The notes under the pieces are model-generated. The model had not been told where the DNA came from and searched no databases. It saw only the letters and a program-made list of their open reading frames with translations. From Poseidonia sp. (GTDB lineage Archaea > Thermoplasmatota > Poseidoniia > Poseidoniales > Poseidoniaceae): a stretch of 64,000 nt of DNA. Shown piece after piece: positions 19,251 to 28,869 of this stretch (position 1 is the stretch's first letter; each line of letters begins with the position of its first letter). The stretch is from positions 32,001 through 96,000 of the forward strand of contig CBFIDD010000004.1 in the NCBI GenBank assembly GCA_965661285.1, given 5' to 3'. The position numbers and the translations under genes are program-made.

Positions 19251-20195
19251 ATGGCCGATGCTCCCGCCCTGCCCCACGACCGTGGGCATGAACTGTGGAC
19301 CATGGAGGACGGTCCGAGCAGGAAATTGATGGCCAGCATCGACCGTTGGGTGGGCGCAATGGTCGGCGATGACGGGATCGACATGCCGCTTTCGGGCGGC
19401 GGGCCTTCCATTGAGGCGACGGTGTTCGCCCGCGCCGACGGTTTGGTCGTCGGGTGCGCTGTGGTGGACTACCTGCTGCAAATTTGGGCGCCTTCAGTCA
19501 AAGTTTCGTGGTTTGCTGGTGACGGAAAACGTGTTTCATCGGGCGATGAAATCGCATGCTTTTCCGGTGCTCGTGAGGACGTGCTCGCCGTTGAGCGGAT
19601 TGCACTGAATGCCCTTGGACAACTCTCCGGTATCGCTACCGAAACAAAGCGTTGGTCCGCGATAGCCCCCAAGCAAATCGCGAGCACGCGGAAAACGGTG
19701 TGGGGTCTGCTCGACAAGTGGGCCGTCCATATGGGAGGGGGGTTGACGCACCGCCTCTCAAAAGACGACGCTTTGATGCTCAAGGAAAACGACCTTGCCA
19801 GCATGCACGATGATCTTGAGACGCACGTTGAACGCATGGTCACCTTCCTGCAGAACGTGAACATGGAAGAGGTCGGCGCCTTCCTTGAAATTGAAACCCG
19901 CACCGACAAGGAGGCTTTGATGGCGGCCATGGTGTGGTCGCAACGTCGGCCAAACGAAGGGCTTGACCGACTTGTCGTCATGCTTGACAATTTCACGCCC
20001 GAACAGTGCAAGACGGTGCACGAACAAATGCAAGACCAAGGTGTACGGGAACACGTGGTCCTGGAGGCCAGCGGAGGGATCGTGTTTGACGACCTCAAAT
20101 CGTGGCATGAATGCGGCCTGGACGTGATTTCCACGAGTGCGGTGAACCGCGGCGTTTCTCCCCTCGATGTGAGCATGCTCGTCAACGGTTTGTGA
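19251..20195 (+). CDS. nadC: Nicotinate-nucleotide pyrophosphorylase (quinolinate phosphoribosyltransferase)
   Basis: ERIALN, SGIAT, TRKT, GGGLTHR, VMLDN, EASGG, LDVSM. Confidence 0.88.
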   Translation: MADAPALPHDRGHELWTMEDGPSRKLMASIDRWVGAMVGDDGIDMPLSGGGPSIEATVFARADGLVVGCAVVDYLLQIWAPSVKVSWFAGDGKRVSSGDEIACFSGAREDVLAVERIALNALGQLSGIATETKRWSAIAPKQIASTRKTVWGLLDKWAVHMGGGLTHRLSKDDALMLKENDLASMHDDLETHVERMVTFLQNVNMEEVGAFLEIETRTDKEALMAAMVWSQRRPNEGLDRLVVMLDNFTPEQCKTVHEQMQDQGVREHVVLEASGGIVFDDLKSWHECGLDVISTSAVNRGVSPLDVSMLVNGL

Positions 20196-20204
20196 GGCGA
20201 TACC

Positions 20205-20954
20205 ATGGACGAAATCGCGGCCGACCCAAGTCATCCACGCTATGCTTCCCTTCTCATGCGCCATCGCCTTGAAGTCGCTGCTGAACGAGGCATGCTGGCA
20301 GCAAGTGCCATGATCGCCCACGGGCGAGGGGAGGCGTTTGACTATCTGTTGGGCGAGCGAACCACCGAGAGCGCCGCTGCAGCAGCCCGCCAAGCGCTTG
20401 CCGTCCTCCAAGCCGCCAAACGACCGGTGCTCAGCGTCAACGGAAACGTGGCTGCATTGGCGTGTGATGAAATGTTGCGCCTGGCCGATGTGCTCCAGTG
20501 TCCCCTTGAGGTCAACATCTTTTATCGCACGCCGCAGCGAATGGAGGCCATTTTGTCCTACATGAACGAACGAAAGGTTGCGCTCGGGCTGAACGTTACC
20601 GTCCTTGGCGATGCGCCCAACGCCACCATCCCGGGACTCAAAGGGCCGAGGGCTGCGTGTCATCGCGAAGGCATATTGGAAAGCGACGCCATCCTTGTTC
20701 CGTTGGAAGATGGCGACCGATGTCAAGCCCTCGTGGCCATGGAAAAAGACGTCATTGTCATCGATTTGAACCCGCTTTCCCGCTCCGCAAAAGAGGCGAC
20801 CATCACCATCGTTGACGAACTCTCACGGGCCCTGACCACCATGCTCAATCTGGCGGAAACCGATGGCAAGGTGCCCGTTGACGAAACCTATGACCACGAA
20901 GCTATCCTGGATGCAGGCCTCGGTGCAATGCTTTCAGCGCTCAAGGAATCGTGA
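20205..20954 (+). CDS. Archaeal 4-phosphopantoate--beta-alanine ligase (phosphopantothenate synthetase)
   Basis: HPRY, IAHGRGEAFDYLLGE, SVNGN, EVNIFYRT, VPLEDGDR, IDLNPLSR. Confidence 0.93.
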   Translation: MDEIAADPSHPRYASLLMRHRLEVAAERGMLAASAMIAHGRGEAFDYLLGERTTESAAAAARQALAVLQAAKRPVLSVNGNVAALACDEMLRLADVLQCPLEVNIFYRTPQRMEAILSYMNERKVALGLNVTVLGDAPNATIPGLKGPRAACHREGILESDAILVPLEDGDRCQALVAMEKDVIVIDLNPLSRSAKEATITIVDELSRALTTMLNLAETDGKVPVDETYDHEAILDAGLGAMLSALKES

Positions 20955-21037
20955 TGTTGAACCTCGTCTGAGGCCCGTGGGTCGTCCGGGTTGGCGCATC
21001 AACAGATCTTCATGTGCAATGGGGGAGCCATTGGGCC

Positions 21038-21226
21038 ATGTCCCGGCTCAAGCAAGGATTTTTGCGTCTGATTGAACTCTCACTCTACGGGCACGGCGTG
21101 CTGCATTTTGCCGAGTTGGGATTCGCCGTCTACGAAGAGGCGTACATCACCGCTTCGCTTGCGGGATTTGGAGCACTCACGATGATCCTGGGTGCTCTTT
21201 TCCTCGGGCGAACCCATCATCATTGA
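21038..21226 (+). CDS. Small membrane protein
   Basis: 62 aa with two hydrophobic segments and His residues (HGVLH, C-terminal HHH). Confidence 0.5.
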   Translation: MSRLKQGFLRLIELSLYGHGVLHFAELGFAVYEEAYITASLAGFGALTMILGALFLGRTHHH

Positions 21227-21340
21227 TAGCACAGGATGGCGATCGTGCGCTCAAAGGCAGATGACGGTGGAGCCAAGCCGAGGAGTGGTTATCCCGTCGT
21301 TGGGCTTGTTATGGCTCGTGGCAGGTGCTGCCCCAGAGGC

Positions 21341-22522
21341 TCAACGCTCTTTGAGTTTGGCTGCGAGTCGGTCGGCAATGCTCTCGCCCACGTCGGAGCA
21401 CGAGGCGGTGCCGCCCAAATCGTAGGTCAGCATGTCGCCCGCCTTGAGGTGGTCAGCGACGCTTTCATCGATGAGCCGGCCGATGTCAACGAGGTCGTCG
21501 TCGTTGTTCTTGCGACCCAGATAATCCATCATCATCTGGATGGAATTGATGGAGGCGATGGGGTTGACCTTGTTTTGGCCGGCATGCTTTGGAGCAGAGC
21601 CGTGAACGGGTTCGAAGAAGGCGTGGTCGTCACCGATATTGCCCGAGGCCGCCATGCCCATGCCACCCTGAAGCACGGCGCCGAGATCGGTGGAAATGTC
21701 GCCAAACATGTTGGAGGTCACGACGGTGTCATAGTGCTCAGGCGAGCGGGTGATCCACTGCATGAAGGCGTCGATGTAGCCGTAGTCGGCCTCGGTGCCG
21801 GGGTAGCCTGAGGCCACTTCGTCAAAGGTCGAGCGGAAGAGTTGGCATCCTCGGGTAACGTTGGACTTGTCAATACACGAGACACGGCGCACACCGTCGG
21901 CAGGAGCGCCGTTGCGCGTCTCTGCGATTTCAAAGCCCATGCGAATCAAGCGCTCGGAGCCGCTCTTGGAAATGGGACGTGGGTCGTAGGCCACCTCGCC
22001 GTCCAAGCCGGGGAAGGTCATCGGCTCAGGCTCGTACTCGGGGCGTCCTTGTGCTCGGTCAGCGGAGCGGCGCAGGAGGGCGTGGTAGAGGCCTTCGGTG
22101 TTTTCTCTCAGAATGGTCATGTCGACCATGCCGGGCTCCCAAATTTGGCGGAAGCCACCGTGGATTTTGTGCGGGACCCCTTCGTAGAGCTTGATGGGGC
22201 GGACGTTCGCATAGAGGTCCAAACCGCTTCGAAGCCCGAGAATGACCGACCCGCCAGCCAAGTCGCCGTTGGGCAGACGTGCGCCAGGGTAGCCGATGGC
22301 ACCAAGGAAGATCGCATCGGTTTCGTTACGACAGACGTCAAAGGACCCTTCGGCCCACTCCTCGCCCGTGGCTTTGTAGTGCTGGCCCCCACAGGGAATG
22401 ACCGTTTGCGTGAAGCCATGATTGGAGTGCGCTTCGATGGTGTCGAGAATGCGCTGCGCTTCGACGGCGACTTCTCGGCCTGTCCCGTCGCCTGGCAGAA
22501 CCGTGATGCGATGGTCACTCAT
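21341..22522 (-). CDS. Isocitrate/isopropylmalate dehydrogenase family protein
   Basis: LPGDGTGREV, LYANVRP, RENTEGLY, DKSNV, NMFGDISTD, FEPVHGSAP. Confidence 0.92.
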   Translation of the reverse strand: MSDHRITVLPGDGTGREVAVEAQRILDTIEAHSNHGFTQTVIPCGGQHYKATGEEWAEGSFDVCRNETDAIFLGAIGYPGARLPNGDLAGGSVILGLRSGLDLYANVRPIKLYEGVPHKIHGGFRQIWEPGMVDMTILRENTEGLYHALLRRSADRAQGRPEYEPEPMTFPGLDGEVAYDPRPISKSGSERLIRMGFEIAETRNGAPADGVRRVSCIDKSNVTRGCQLFRSTFDEVASGYPGTEADYGYIDAFMQWITRSPEHYDTVVTSNMFGDISTDLGAVLQGGMGMAASGNIGDDHAFFEPVHGSAPKHAGQNKVNPIASINSIQMMMDYLGRKNNDDDLVDIGRLIDESVADHLKAGDMLTYDLGGTASCSDVGESIADRLAAKLKER

Positions 22523-22694
22523 GGCTCCTCGCACAGGGCGCTTCTACATGAACGCGACCCTTTCGGTTGAACGGCGGCATGATGGGAGCGGAAAGCGCAC
22601 GGTGATTGGAGAAGGACAAGAACCGAATAAAAATCAGTCGTTTCAGCACCTTCCAAGGGGATGTTTCATAGGCTGTCAATTGAGAAGAATAACC

Positions 22695-23345
22695 ATGGCA
22701 GACGAGAACAAAAACAGCCAAGAACGGCGTGTTTCCCTCGAGGATTTGCCATCGGAAGTTCACCAACTCGCTGATGCGATGCTCGGCATCAACCCGCAAT
22801 GGAACGTGCACGATTGGTTGGTTGAGCAAGCCAACTTGGCGATGGACCTGCTGGCGGTTGACCTGCTTAGAGAGAAGGTGATGATCGAACAGCGACTTCA
22901 ACGACTCGACGACCTCGGTCGGCGCTTGGAGTCGAAGGAAACCATTGTGCAGGGCAGTGACGACCCGCATCAGCGCAACCTGTTTGATTGCTTTGACCTG
23001 AACGAGCCACATGCGCTGCGCGGCCTTGGCGAACGCGCCACGACATCTCCAAAACAAGGTGAGGCAGCGGCTGAAGAACAGCACCCCTCCAATATTTTCC
23101 TCGACCTCATGCCGCACGCCAACACCGACGACCCGCTGTTGGCCATCGCCTGCCAGGCTGTCGTCATGTGCATTGAACACGAGTTGGGGCGTGGCGAGCC
23201 GGTGGCCACGCTACAAGCGATTTTTGACCACACCCGAACATCGAACATCGAAGACAACGAAACCGATGAAGCGTTGGACCATCTGTTGACAACTGGCATG
23301 GTGCTTGAGGTGGATGATGACTGCTTCATTCTCCTCCCGCCGTGA
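22695..23345 (+). CDS. Hypothetical protein with C-terminal winged-helix-like segment
   Basis: ATG 22695. C-terminal ETDEALDHLLTTGMVLEVDDDCF resembles a winged helix. Confidence 0.6.
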   Translation: MADENKNSQERRVSLEDLPSEVHQLADAMLGINPQWNVHDWLVEQANLAMDLLAVDLLREKVMIEQRLQRLDDLGRRLESKETIVQGSDDPHQRNLFDCFDLNEPHALRGLGERATTSPKQGEAAAEEQHPSNIFLDLMPHANTDDPLLAIACQAVVMCIEHELGRGEPVATLQAIFDHTRTSNIEDNETDEALDHLLTTGMVLEVDDDCFILLPP

Positions 23346-23403
23346 AGGGACCCCGGAGCAGTCCCAACGACCGACTTTAGTGTACGGGCATCCAAGTTAC
23401 CAC

Positions 23404-24012
23404 ATGGGCATCGTTCGTTCGGTTTTTTGGGGAAGTGCAGCATGGTTTTCAGCAACGGCGATGATGGTTCACCCTGAGATGGCGCTGGGTTTGGCCATCG
23501 TCGTCGCCTTCCTTTCCGAATCGACCCACCACGGTGCTGAACTTCGTCGGATGCAACGGGACGGGCAAAATCTTTCCAATCAACTCCGAGACGCAGATCG
23601 TCACGTCGAGGAACTCAAGCGCGCCCTAACGAGAAGGCACGTCGAGTTGAACACCGCCATTGAAGAACTGCAACGCAGGGACGCTGTGGGCAGCCCTGCT
23701 GCACGAGAATTATTGAAACGCCAGGAAGAAGCCATGACCGCCGCCTCCAAAGCCCTTGAGGCCCGGCAGGAGCGCAACGATGTTGTATTCGACAGCATGG
23801 AGCGCCTCCTCAACATGCAGGTGGAGCAAACGGCGAACATGCAACAAGCCATGAGTGACCTTCTTCAACACCTCATCTCCCAGCCGCGAGGTCATTTTAC
23901 CATGCGCGACAGCGTCCTGGTCAACGAAGGTTCAACCCACGATACTCACCTCAGCGATACCGTTGCCGAAGTCAACAGGTGGTTGGCAGAAGAAGCGGCA
24001 CCTTCACCATGA
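23404..24012 (+). CDS. Membrane-anchored coiled-coil protein
   Basis: N-terminal hydrophobic segments followed by a long heptad E/Q/R/L-rich region. Confidence 0.65.
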   Translation: MGIVRSVFWGSAAWFSATAMMVHPEMALGLAIVVAFLSESTHHGAELRRMQRDGQNLSNQLRDADRHVEELKRALTRRHVELNTAIEELQRRDAVGSPAARELLKRQEEAMTAASKALEARQERNDVVFDSMERLLNMQVEQTANMQQAMSDLLQHLISQPRGHFTMRDSVLVNEGSTHDTHLSDTVAEVNRWLAEEAAPSP

Positions 24013-24031
24013 GAACCCACGTGCAACAACC

Positions 24032-24343
24032 ATGGCTGGAAAGAAGGAAGGGGCGCAGCGCGTCCTCGATGCGCATGCCTCACGCCTGAGGGTCAAGCAG
24101 CGCCTCGTTCCTGTCGGCGTGATCATCGTGCTCATCGGCATCGGCGTCGCCGTCCTCACACGCTGGGAATTCGGTTTGGCCACCGTTCTGTTGTGTGGCT
24201 TGCTGTTTCAATATGCAGTGGAGCGCATGACCACCATCCTTGACGCAGGCATCATCAACGGGCTGAAAGACATGGGGTGGGACGCAGAGACCGAGCTTGA
24301 CGAGCAGACGCTTGAGAAAATCCAAACCATCGCAACGCGTTAG
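24032..24343 (+). CDS. Small two-TM membrane protein
   Basis: Starts MAGKKEG and has two hydrophobic helices. Confidence 0.6.
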   Translation: MAGKKEGAQRVLDAHASRLRVKQRLVPVGVIIVLIGIGVAVLTRWEFGLATVLLCGLLFQYAVERMTTILDAGIINGLKDMGWDAETELDEQTLEKIQTIATR

Positions 24344-24352
24344 GTGGACGCC

Positions 24353-25066
24353 ATGACCAACAAGGCGTTGATTGAGCAATTTTTTGTCCTAGAACGAGCC
24401 GGTCGGAAGAAACTCATTCTCACGATATGGAGCATTGTCATTTTAACCGACATCTTCGCTCTCATCGCCTACCTCCAAGGCATGGACGTCTATCGCATTC
24501 TTCAGTTCCTCGTCATTCCGTTTGCGTTCGCGTTGACGGTGCAGTGGCTCTCCTCATATCGTACCAAAACGTTGCAGCGCAGGCTTGGGGCACTGCTGGA
24601 CAGCATCGAATTTGGATGGGATGAATTGAACGGGCTTGATTTGAACCAAAAGGAAGCGGATCTGCTCCATCAAGCCTTTGCAGCGAGTAACCTCGGTCGT
24701 ATCGCCACCAACGAGTCCTATCTGCGCACGCGTGGAGGCGATGAAAAGGGGCCAGCCTTTGACAAAACAGAAGCGAGCGTGGACCCAAACCTCGTACGGG
24801 TGGACCCTTCGGTCCACGAAGGCGATTATGTGGGTCTCGAAGACGATTTAGGCGTGGCCGAGCAACTCGTCCACGAAGCCAACCAGCACTATGCGGAAGA
24901 GGCACAGCGCCAGTGGGAGGCGGCCGAGCAGCGCGACATGGACATGGTCGAGGCCGGTGTTGAACGGCTGGGAGATCTGGTGGCCAGTGGATGGTTTGAA
25001 CAGAATTCGGAAGACGGTGCGCTATCGGCCTTGATGGAAAGCGGAGAAGAGGACGAAGTCCCATGA
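24353..25066 (+). CDS. Hypothetical membrane protein
   Basis: Two N-terminal TM helices and an acidic C-terminal domain. Confidence 0.65.
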   Translation: MTNKALIEQFFVLERAGRKKLILTIWSIVILTDIFALIAYLQGMDVYRILQFLVIPFAFALTVQWLSSYRTKTLQRRLGALLDSIEFGWDELNGLDLNQKEADLLHQAFAASNLGRIATNESYLRTRGGDEKGPAFDKTEASVDPNLVRVDPSVHEGDYVGLEDDLGVAEQLVHEANQHYAEEAQRQWEAAEQRDMDMVEAGVERLGDLVASGWFEQNSEDGALSALMESGEEDEVP

Positions 25067-25101
25067 GCATCTTCTAAAGCCGTCTCCTCGCATAGCGCTC
25101 T

Positions 25102-25848
25102 ATGAAGATGAAAGCCATCTTGGTCGCTGGCGGCCACGGTTCCCGTCTCCATCCGTTTACGCACTTCACGCAGAAAACACTCCTGCCGCTGCACGACCGT
25201 CCCGTCATTGACTACGCGCTCGGTACCATCCGCCGGGCGGGGATCAGGGACATCACCATCATTTCCAACCGATTTGTCGGTCAAATCGCCAGCCATGTTG
25301 GCCAAGGCCTTCCGGGCGAACGCATCCACTATGTCATCGAAGAGGAGCCGAAAGGCGTCGCTCATGCCCTCAACCTCGCACGCCCTTACAACGAAAACGC
25401 CCGTTTGATGGTCTATTTCTCCGATAACATCACGACCATCGAATTTGGCGAACACGTTGAGGCGTTCAAAGCCTCAAAACACCCTCCGGGTTGTGTGCTC
25501 ATCGCCCGCGAAGAGGAGCATCCCGAAGCGTTTGGCGTTGCCGTATTGGACGACCAAGGTGGCATTTGTGATATCGTCGAGAAGCCTTCAAACCCGCCTT
25601 CGAACCTCGCCATCGGTGGTATCTACCTGTTTGATAAGCGGTTTTGGAAATACCTCGATGCTGCTTCAAATGAGTGCGGGGCTTCGTTCTCCATCTCTGA
25701 CATCACCCGGACCTACGTGAAGCAGGGAGAGGCGAAAGTGGTCTCGGTAGGCAAAGAAACCTGGGTCGATTGCGGGACGCCGGATTCCCTTTTGCAGGCT
25801 TCCGTCATGGCCAAAGAAGGTAAGTTGGACCCAAAACCGCACCGATAA
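25102..25848 (+). CDS. Sugar-phosphate nucleotidyltransferase (RmlA-like)
   Basis: AILVAGGHGSRLHP, KTLLP, EKP, WVDCGT. Confidence 0.9.
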   Translation: MKMKAILVAGGHGSRLHPFTHFTQKTLLPLHDRPVIDYALGTIRRAGIRDITIISNRFVGQIASHVGQGLPGERIHYVIEEEPKGVAHALNLARPYNENARLMVYFSDNITTIEFGEHVEAFKASKHPPGCVLIAREEEHPEAFGVAVLDDQGGICDIVEKPSNPPSNLAIGGIYLFDKRFWKYLDAASNECGASFSISDITRTYVKQGEAKVVSVGKETWVDCGTPDSLLQASVMAKEGKLDPKPHR

Positions 25849-25863
25849 CGAGGAGGAAGCCAC

Positions 25864-26688
25864 ATGAAAATAGGAATTATTGGAGCAGGCATGGTCGGTG
25901 GCGCGATTGAACATTGCTTTGGTCACGCCCACGAACTCTTCGTTCACGACCCGGCTCGAGGAACATCGCTCAGCGATGTCGTCGAACATGTTGACATGGC
26001 ATACATCGCAGTCCCTACGCCGCCCCATCCCGAAACGGGTGCGTGTGACACACACATTGTGGAGGAGGTACTGGATGCGCTCCCTGAGGGCTTTACCGCG
26101 GTCATCAAAAGCACCGTTGTTCCTGGGACTACGCAACTGTACCACGAACGGTACAGCCACCTCAAAATCGCCTATTCTCCTGAGTTTTTGGTGGAGCGGA
26201 GACGTCTCGAGGATTTTGCCAATCAAGACATTCTGGTAGTGGGCACCCATCACAAGGATGTGGCGGAACTGGTCTTCAAGCATCACAACGAAGCGGGCGT
26301 CATGCGCAAAGAGCAGTTCTTCCAGGTGTCTCCAACACAGGCTGAATTGGTCAAGTACACAAAAAACACGTTTTACGCTCTCAAGGTCACGTTTGCCAAT
26401 CAAATGTACGATATCTGCCAGGCGATGGGCCAAGACTGGTATGCCATCCGAGACATCATCACGGCTGACCAAGCCCAACCCATCGGGCCTTCCCACCTCG
26501 ACCCCATCTTCGGCCTTCGCAGAGGGTTTGGAGGCAAATGCTTGCCCAAGGACAGTTCGGCGCTTGGTGTGCTCGCCGACGAACTCGGCGTCAAGTACGC
26601 CATCATGGACGCGATGCAGTCGGATAACGCTGTGCTTCGGGACATCTTGACCGGCAAGCCAAGCGACGTGATCACCAATGATGACTGA
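25864..26688 (+). CDS. UDP-glucose/GDP-mannose dehydrogenase family protein, short form
   Basis: [41 protein letters not shown]. Only 274 aa. Confidence 0.88.
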   Translation: MKIGIIGAGMVGGAIEHCFGHAHELFVHDPARGTSLSDVVEHVDMAYIAVPTPPHPETGACDTHIVEEVLDALPEGFTAVIKSTVVPGTTQLYHERYSHLKIAYSPEFLVERRRLEDFANQDILVVGTHHKDVAELVFKHHNEAGVMRKEQFFQVSPTQAELVKYTKNTFYALKVTFANQMYDICQAMGQDWYAIRDIITADQAQPIGPSHLDPIFGLRRGFGGKCLPKDSSALGVLADELGVKYAIMDAMQSDNAVLRDILTGKPSDVITNDD

Positions 26689-27151
26689 GGTCCTTAACTG
26701 GCTCGACCAGCGGGTTCCGCGTGGTTCAATCGTACGATTCGGCATGGCGGGTGGGTTCAACAGCACGGTGTTCTATTTCATGTGGAGTCTCTTTCTGGAG
26801 GCGTCATCCACCATCGATGTTGAGATTCTGTGGGGGGTCTGCTGGGGAGTGACCGGTGTGCTCGCACATTTCGTTCATCGCTGGTTCACCTTCGACGACC
26901 GAAAACCCGTGTCATGGACCTTGCCCTCCGCCGGTCCCGTTTACTTCATCGGCTTGGTCGGCTCAAGCGCCTCCATCGGTTATATCGAGGATATGTTCCC
27001 GGAGAACGTACGAATTCTTGGCGCGTTCAACCTGCTCGCATGGGGCGTTCTCACCTGGTTGATGATGCGATTCTGGGTCTTCCAGTATGCCCCCGGGGAA
27101 AAGAATACAACATCTACAGAGCGTGCGTCTCCAACACATCAAGAGGAATGA
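26678..27151 (+). CDS. GtrA-family membrane protein
   Basis: [24 protein letters not shown]; four TM helices. Confidence 0.82.
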   Translation: MMTEVLNWLDQRVPRGSIVRFGMAGGFNSTVFYFMWSLFLEASSTIDVEILWGVCWGVTGVLAHFVHRWFTFDDRKPVSWTLPSAGPVYFIGLVGSSASIGYIEDMFPENVRILGAFNLLAWGVLTWLMMRFWVFQYAPGEKNTTSTERASPTHQEE

Positions 27152-27476
27152 TGTCCAACGCACGCTGGTGGGTGGCCTCGAGGTCGACCGGGCAGCCCAT
27201 GCCGGCGTTCACGGCCAGCAACCATGTTCGCGCACACACGCACCATGCGTCGCCCGGCTTCAAACCAGGAAAATTGAATCGGGGGGCAGGAGTGATGAGG
27301 TCGTTGCCCATGTCTTTTGCAAAGTGAAGAAAATCTTCGGTCAAGACGCAACACACCGTGTGGGAACCACGGTCGGCGTCATCGGTGTTGCAGCAACCGT
27401 CTCGGTACCATCCCGTGAGAGGTGACTCAGAACACGATTCCAATTTTGTTCCAAGGACGTTCACGCTCGGGTCCAT
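27114..27476 (-). CDS. DUF2237 family protein
   Basis: NVLG, PLTGWYRDGCC, GSHTVC, GNDLITP, GLKPGD-x-WCVC, LEATH. Confidence 0.9.
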   Translation of the reverse strand: MDPSVNVLGTKLESCSESPLTGWYRDGCCNTDDADRGSHTVCCVLTEDFLHFAKDMGNDLITPAPRFNFPGLKPGDAWCVCARTWLLAVNAGMGCPVDLEATHQRALDIIPLDVLETHAL

Positions 27477-27523
27477 AGGTGTGTTGGGGAGAAGAGACCC
27501 TATCAACGCTTGTTCGGCTCACT

Positions 27524-27850
27524 TCATCGGCCAAAACGGCGTTTGAGGCGCTGGAGCCACGGGGTTTTCGCTCTGGGTTCTGCTCGCCCCAGGAGGACAT
27601 CGAGTTCGCCGGACTGCTCAAGGTTGACCAGGTCATCAAACCCACCCACGTTCTCACCGTTGATGATGATTTGAGGGACGGTTCTCGCACCCGATGTCGC
27701 CCGTGCGTAGGCGCGCTGGATCACGGGGTCATTTTTCAGTCGTCGCTCTTTGTAGGTCACGCGTTTTCCATCGAGGAGTTGTTTTGCTCGAACACATGCA
27801 GCGCAACCGCGCCCGGTCCAAACCACAATCTCGAGGTCCTCCCTCGGCAT
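27524..27850 (-). CDS. Glutaredoxin (Grx3-like, CAAC active site)
   Basis: C-x-x-C, RAKQLL, RTVPQI, VGGFDDL, GELD. Confidence 0.88.
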   Translation of the reverse strand: MPREDLEIVVWTGRGCAACVRAKQLLDGKRVTYKERRLKNDPVIQRAYARATSGARTVPQIIINGENVGGFDDLVNLEQSGELDVLLGRAEPRAKTPWLQRLKRRFGR

Positions 27851-27944
27851 GGCGTTCGGTCCTCGGCCCGGTGTTTCAAAATTTGGGGGTGGGCGGGGGT
27901 TTCCTCCGTTGGGTTCATTGGGTAGAAGCGCCCAAACATTTCCA

Positions 27945-28376
27945 ATGCTACCCGATACGGTCCACAAACTCCCGAGAGAACAACGGTTTGCCTATGCTCG
28001 CCTGCTCGCCTTCATGGCACGAATTGACAACGAATTGACCGTTGACGAGATGGCCATGTTTGAACAACGCTTGGGTACTGCGTTGCTCTCTCCAGGGCAA
28101 CGGGACGCCATCCGTGCGGCCCTCAAGAATCCTCCAAGCCTCGAAGAATGCTTGGCCGAACTTTCCGGAGAAGCGGGTCGACTCGCCCTTCGGGATGCTG
28201 TTATGATGGCAGCAGCCGACGGTACGGTTGACGAAGACGAGCGCGATGCACTCGAAGACATCTCCGAACACCTTGGATTGAAGGAAAAAGCGGTTGAGGA
28301 ACTCCTCCACTGGACGGTCAAAGGTTACAAGTGGATGAAGGAAGGGTACGAACTGCTCGATTCGCTCGAGGAATGA
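27945..28376 (+). CDS. TerB-family protein
   Basis: MARIDNELTVDE and MAAADGTVDEDE motifs. Confidence 0.85.
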   Translation: MLPDTVHKLPREQRFAYARLLAFMARIDNELTVDEMAMFEQRLGTALLSPGQRDAIRAALKNPPSLEECLAELSGEAGRLALRDAVMMAAADGTVDEDERDALEDISEHLGLKEKAVEELLHWTVKGYKWMKEGYELLDSLEE

Positions 28377-28382
28377 GGGCGC

Positions 28383-28805
28383 ATGTTCCCTGACGGGATG
28401 CTCCAGCGTTCTTCTCAAGAGCGCATACGATACGCCCAGGTTTTGGTCTACATCGCCGCTGCCGACGGTGCGCTGGTGAGGGAAGAGATCGCCATGATCG
28501 AATCGATGATGGGAAGGGCAATGTTGCATCCCGAGTCGAGGATTACGGTTCGAGCGGGGTTCGAGCAACCCGTTCCTCTCGAACAATCCATTGCCGACAT
28601 CGACCCGGAATTTGCCCAAGTTATGCTCCGAGATGCAGCCCTTGTGGCTGCGGTTGACGGCGCCTACGACCGGAAGGAATTGACCGCCCTTCGGAAGATT
28701 GCGAAAGTGGGCAAGGTCTCACCCGACCAACTCTCTGACCTGCTCGATTGGGTGGCTGAGGGATGGAATTGGTTCGAAAAGGGTCTTGGGATTTTGGTCA
28801 AATAA
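28383..28805 (+). CDS. TerB-family protein (paralogue of the upstream gene)
   Basis: IAAADGALVREE and VAAVDGAYDRKE; same architecture as 27945..28376. Confidence 0.85.
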   Translation: MFPDGMLQRSSQERIRYAQVLVYIAAADGALVREEIAMIESMMGRAMLHPESRITVRAGFEQPVPLEQSIADIDPEFAQVMLRDAALVAAVDGAYDRKELTALRKIAKVGKVSPDQLSDLLDWVAEGWNWFEKGLGILVK

Positions 28806-28869
28806 TCGCCATTTTCCATCCTTTCGTCAAGAGACATCTTCAAAGAGAGAAAGCCGTCACGTCGGTTTG

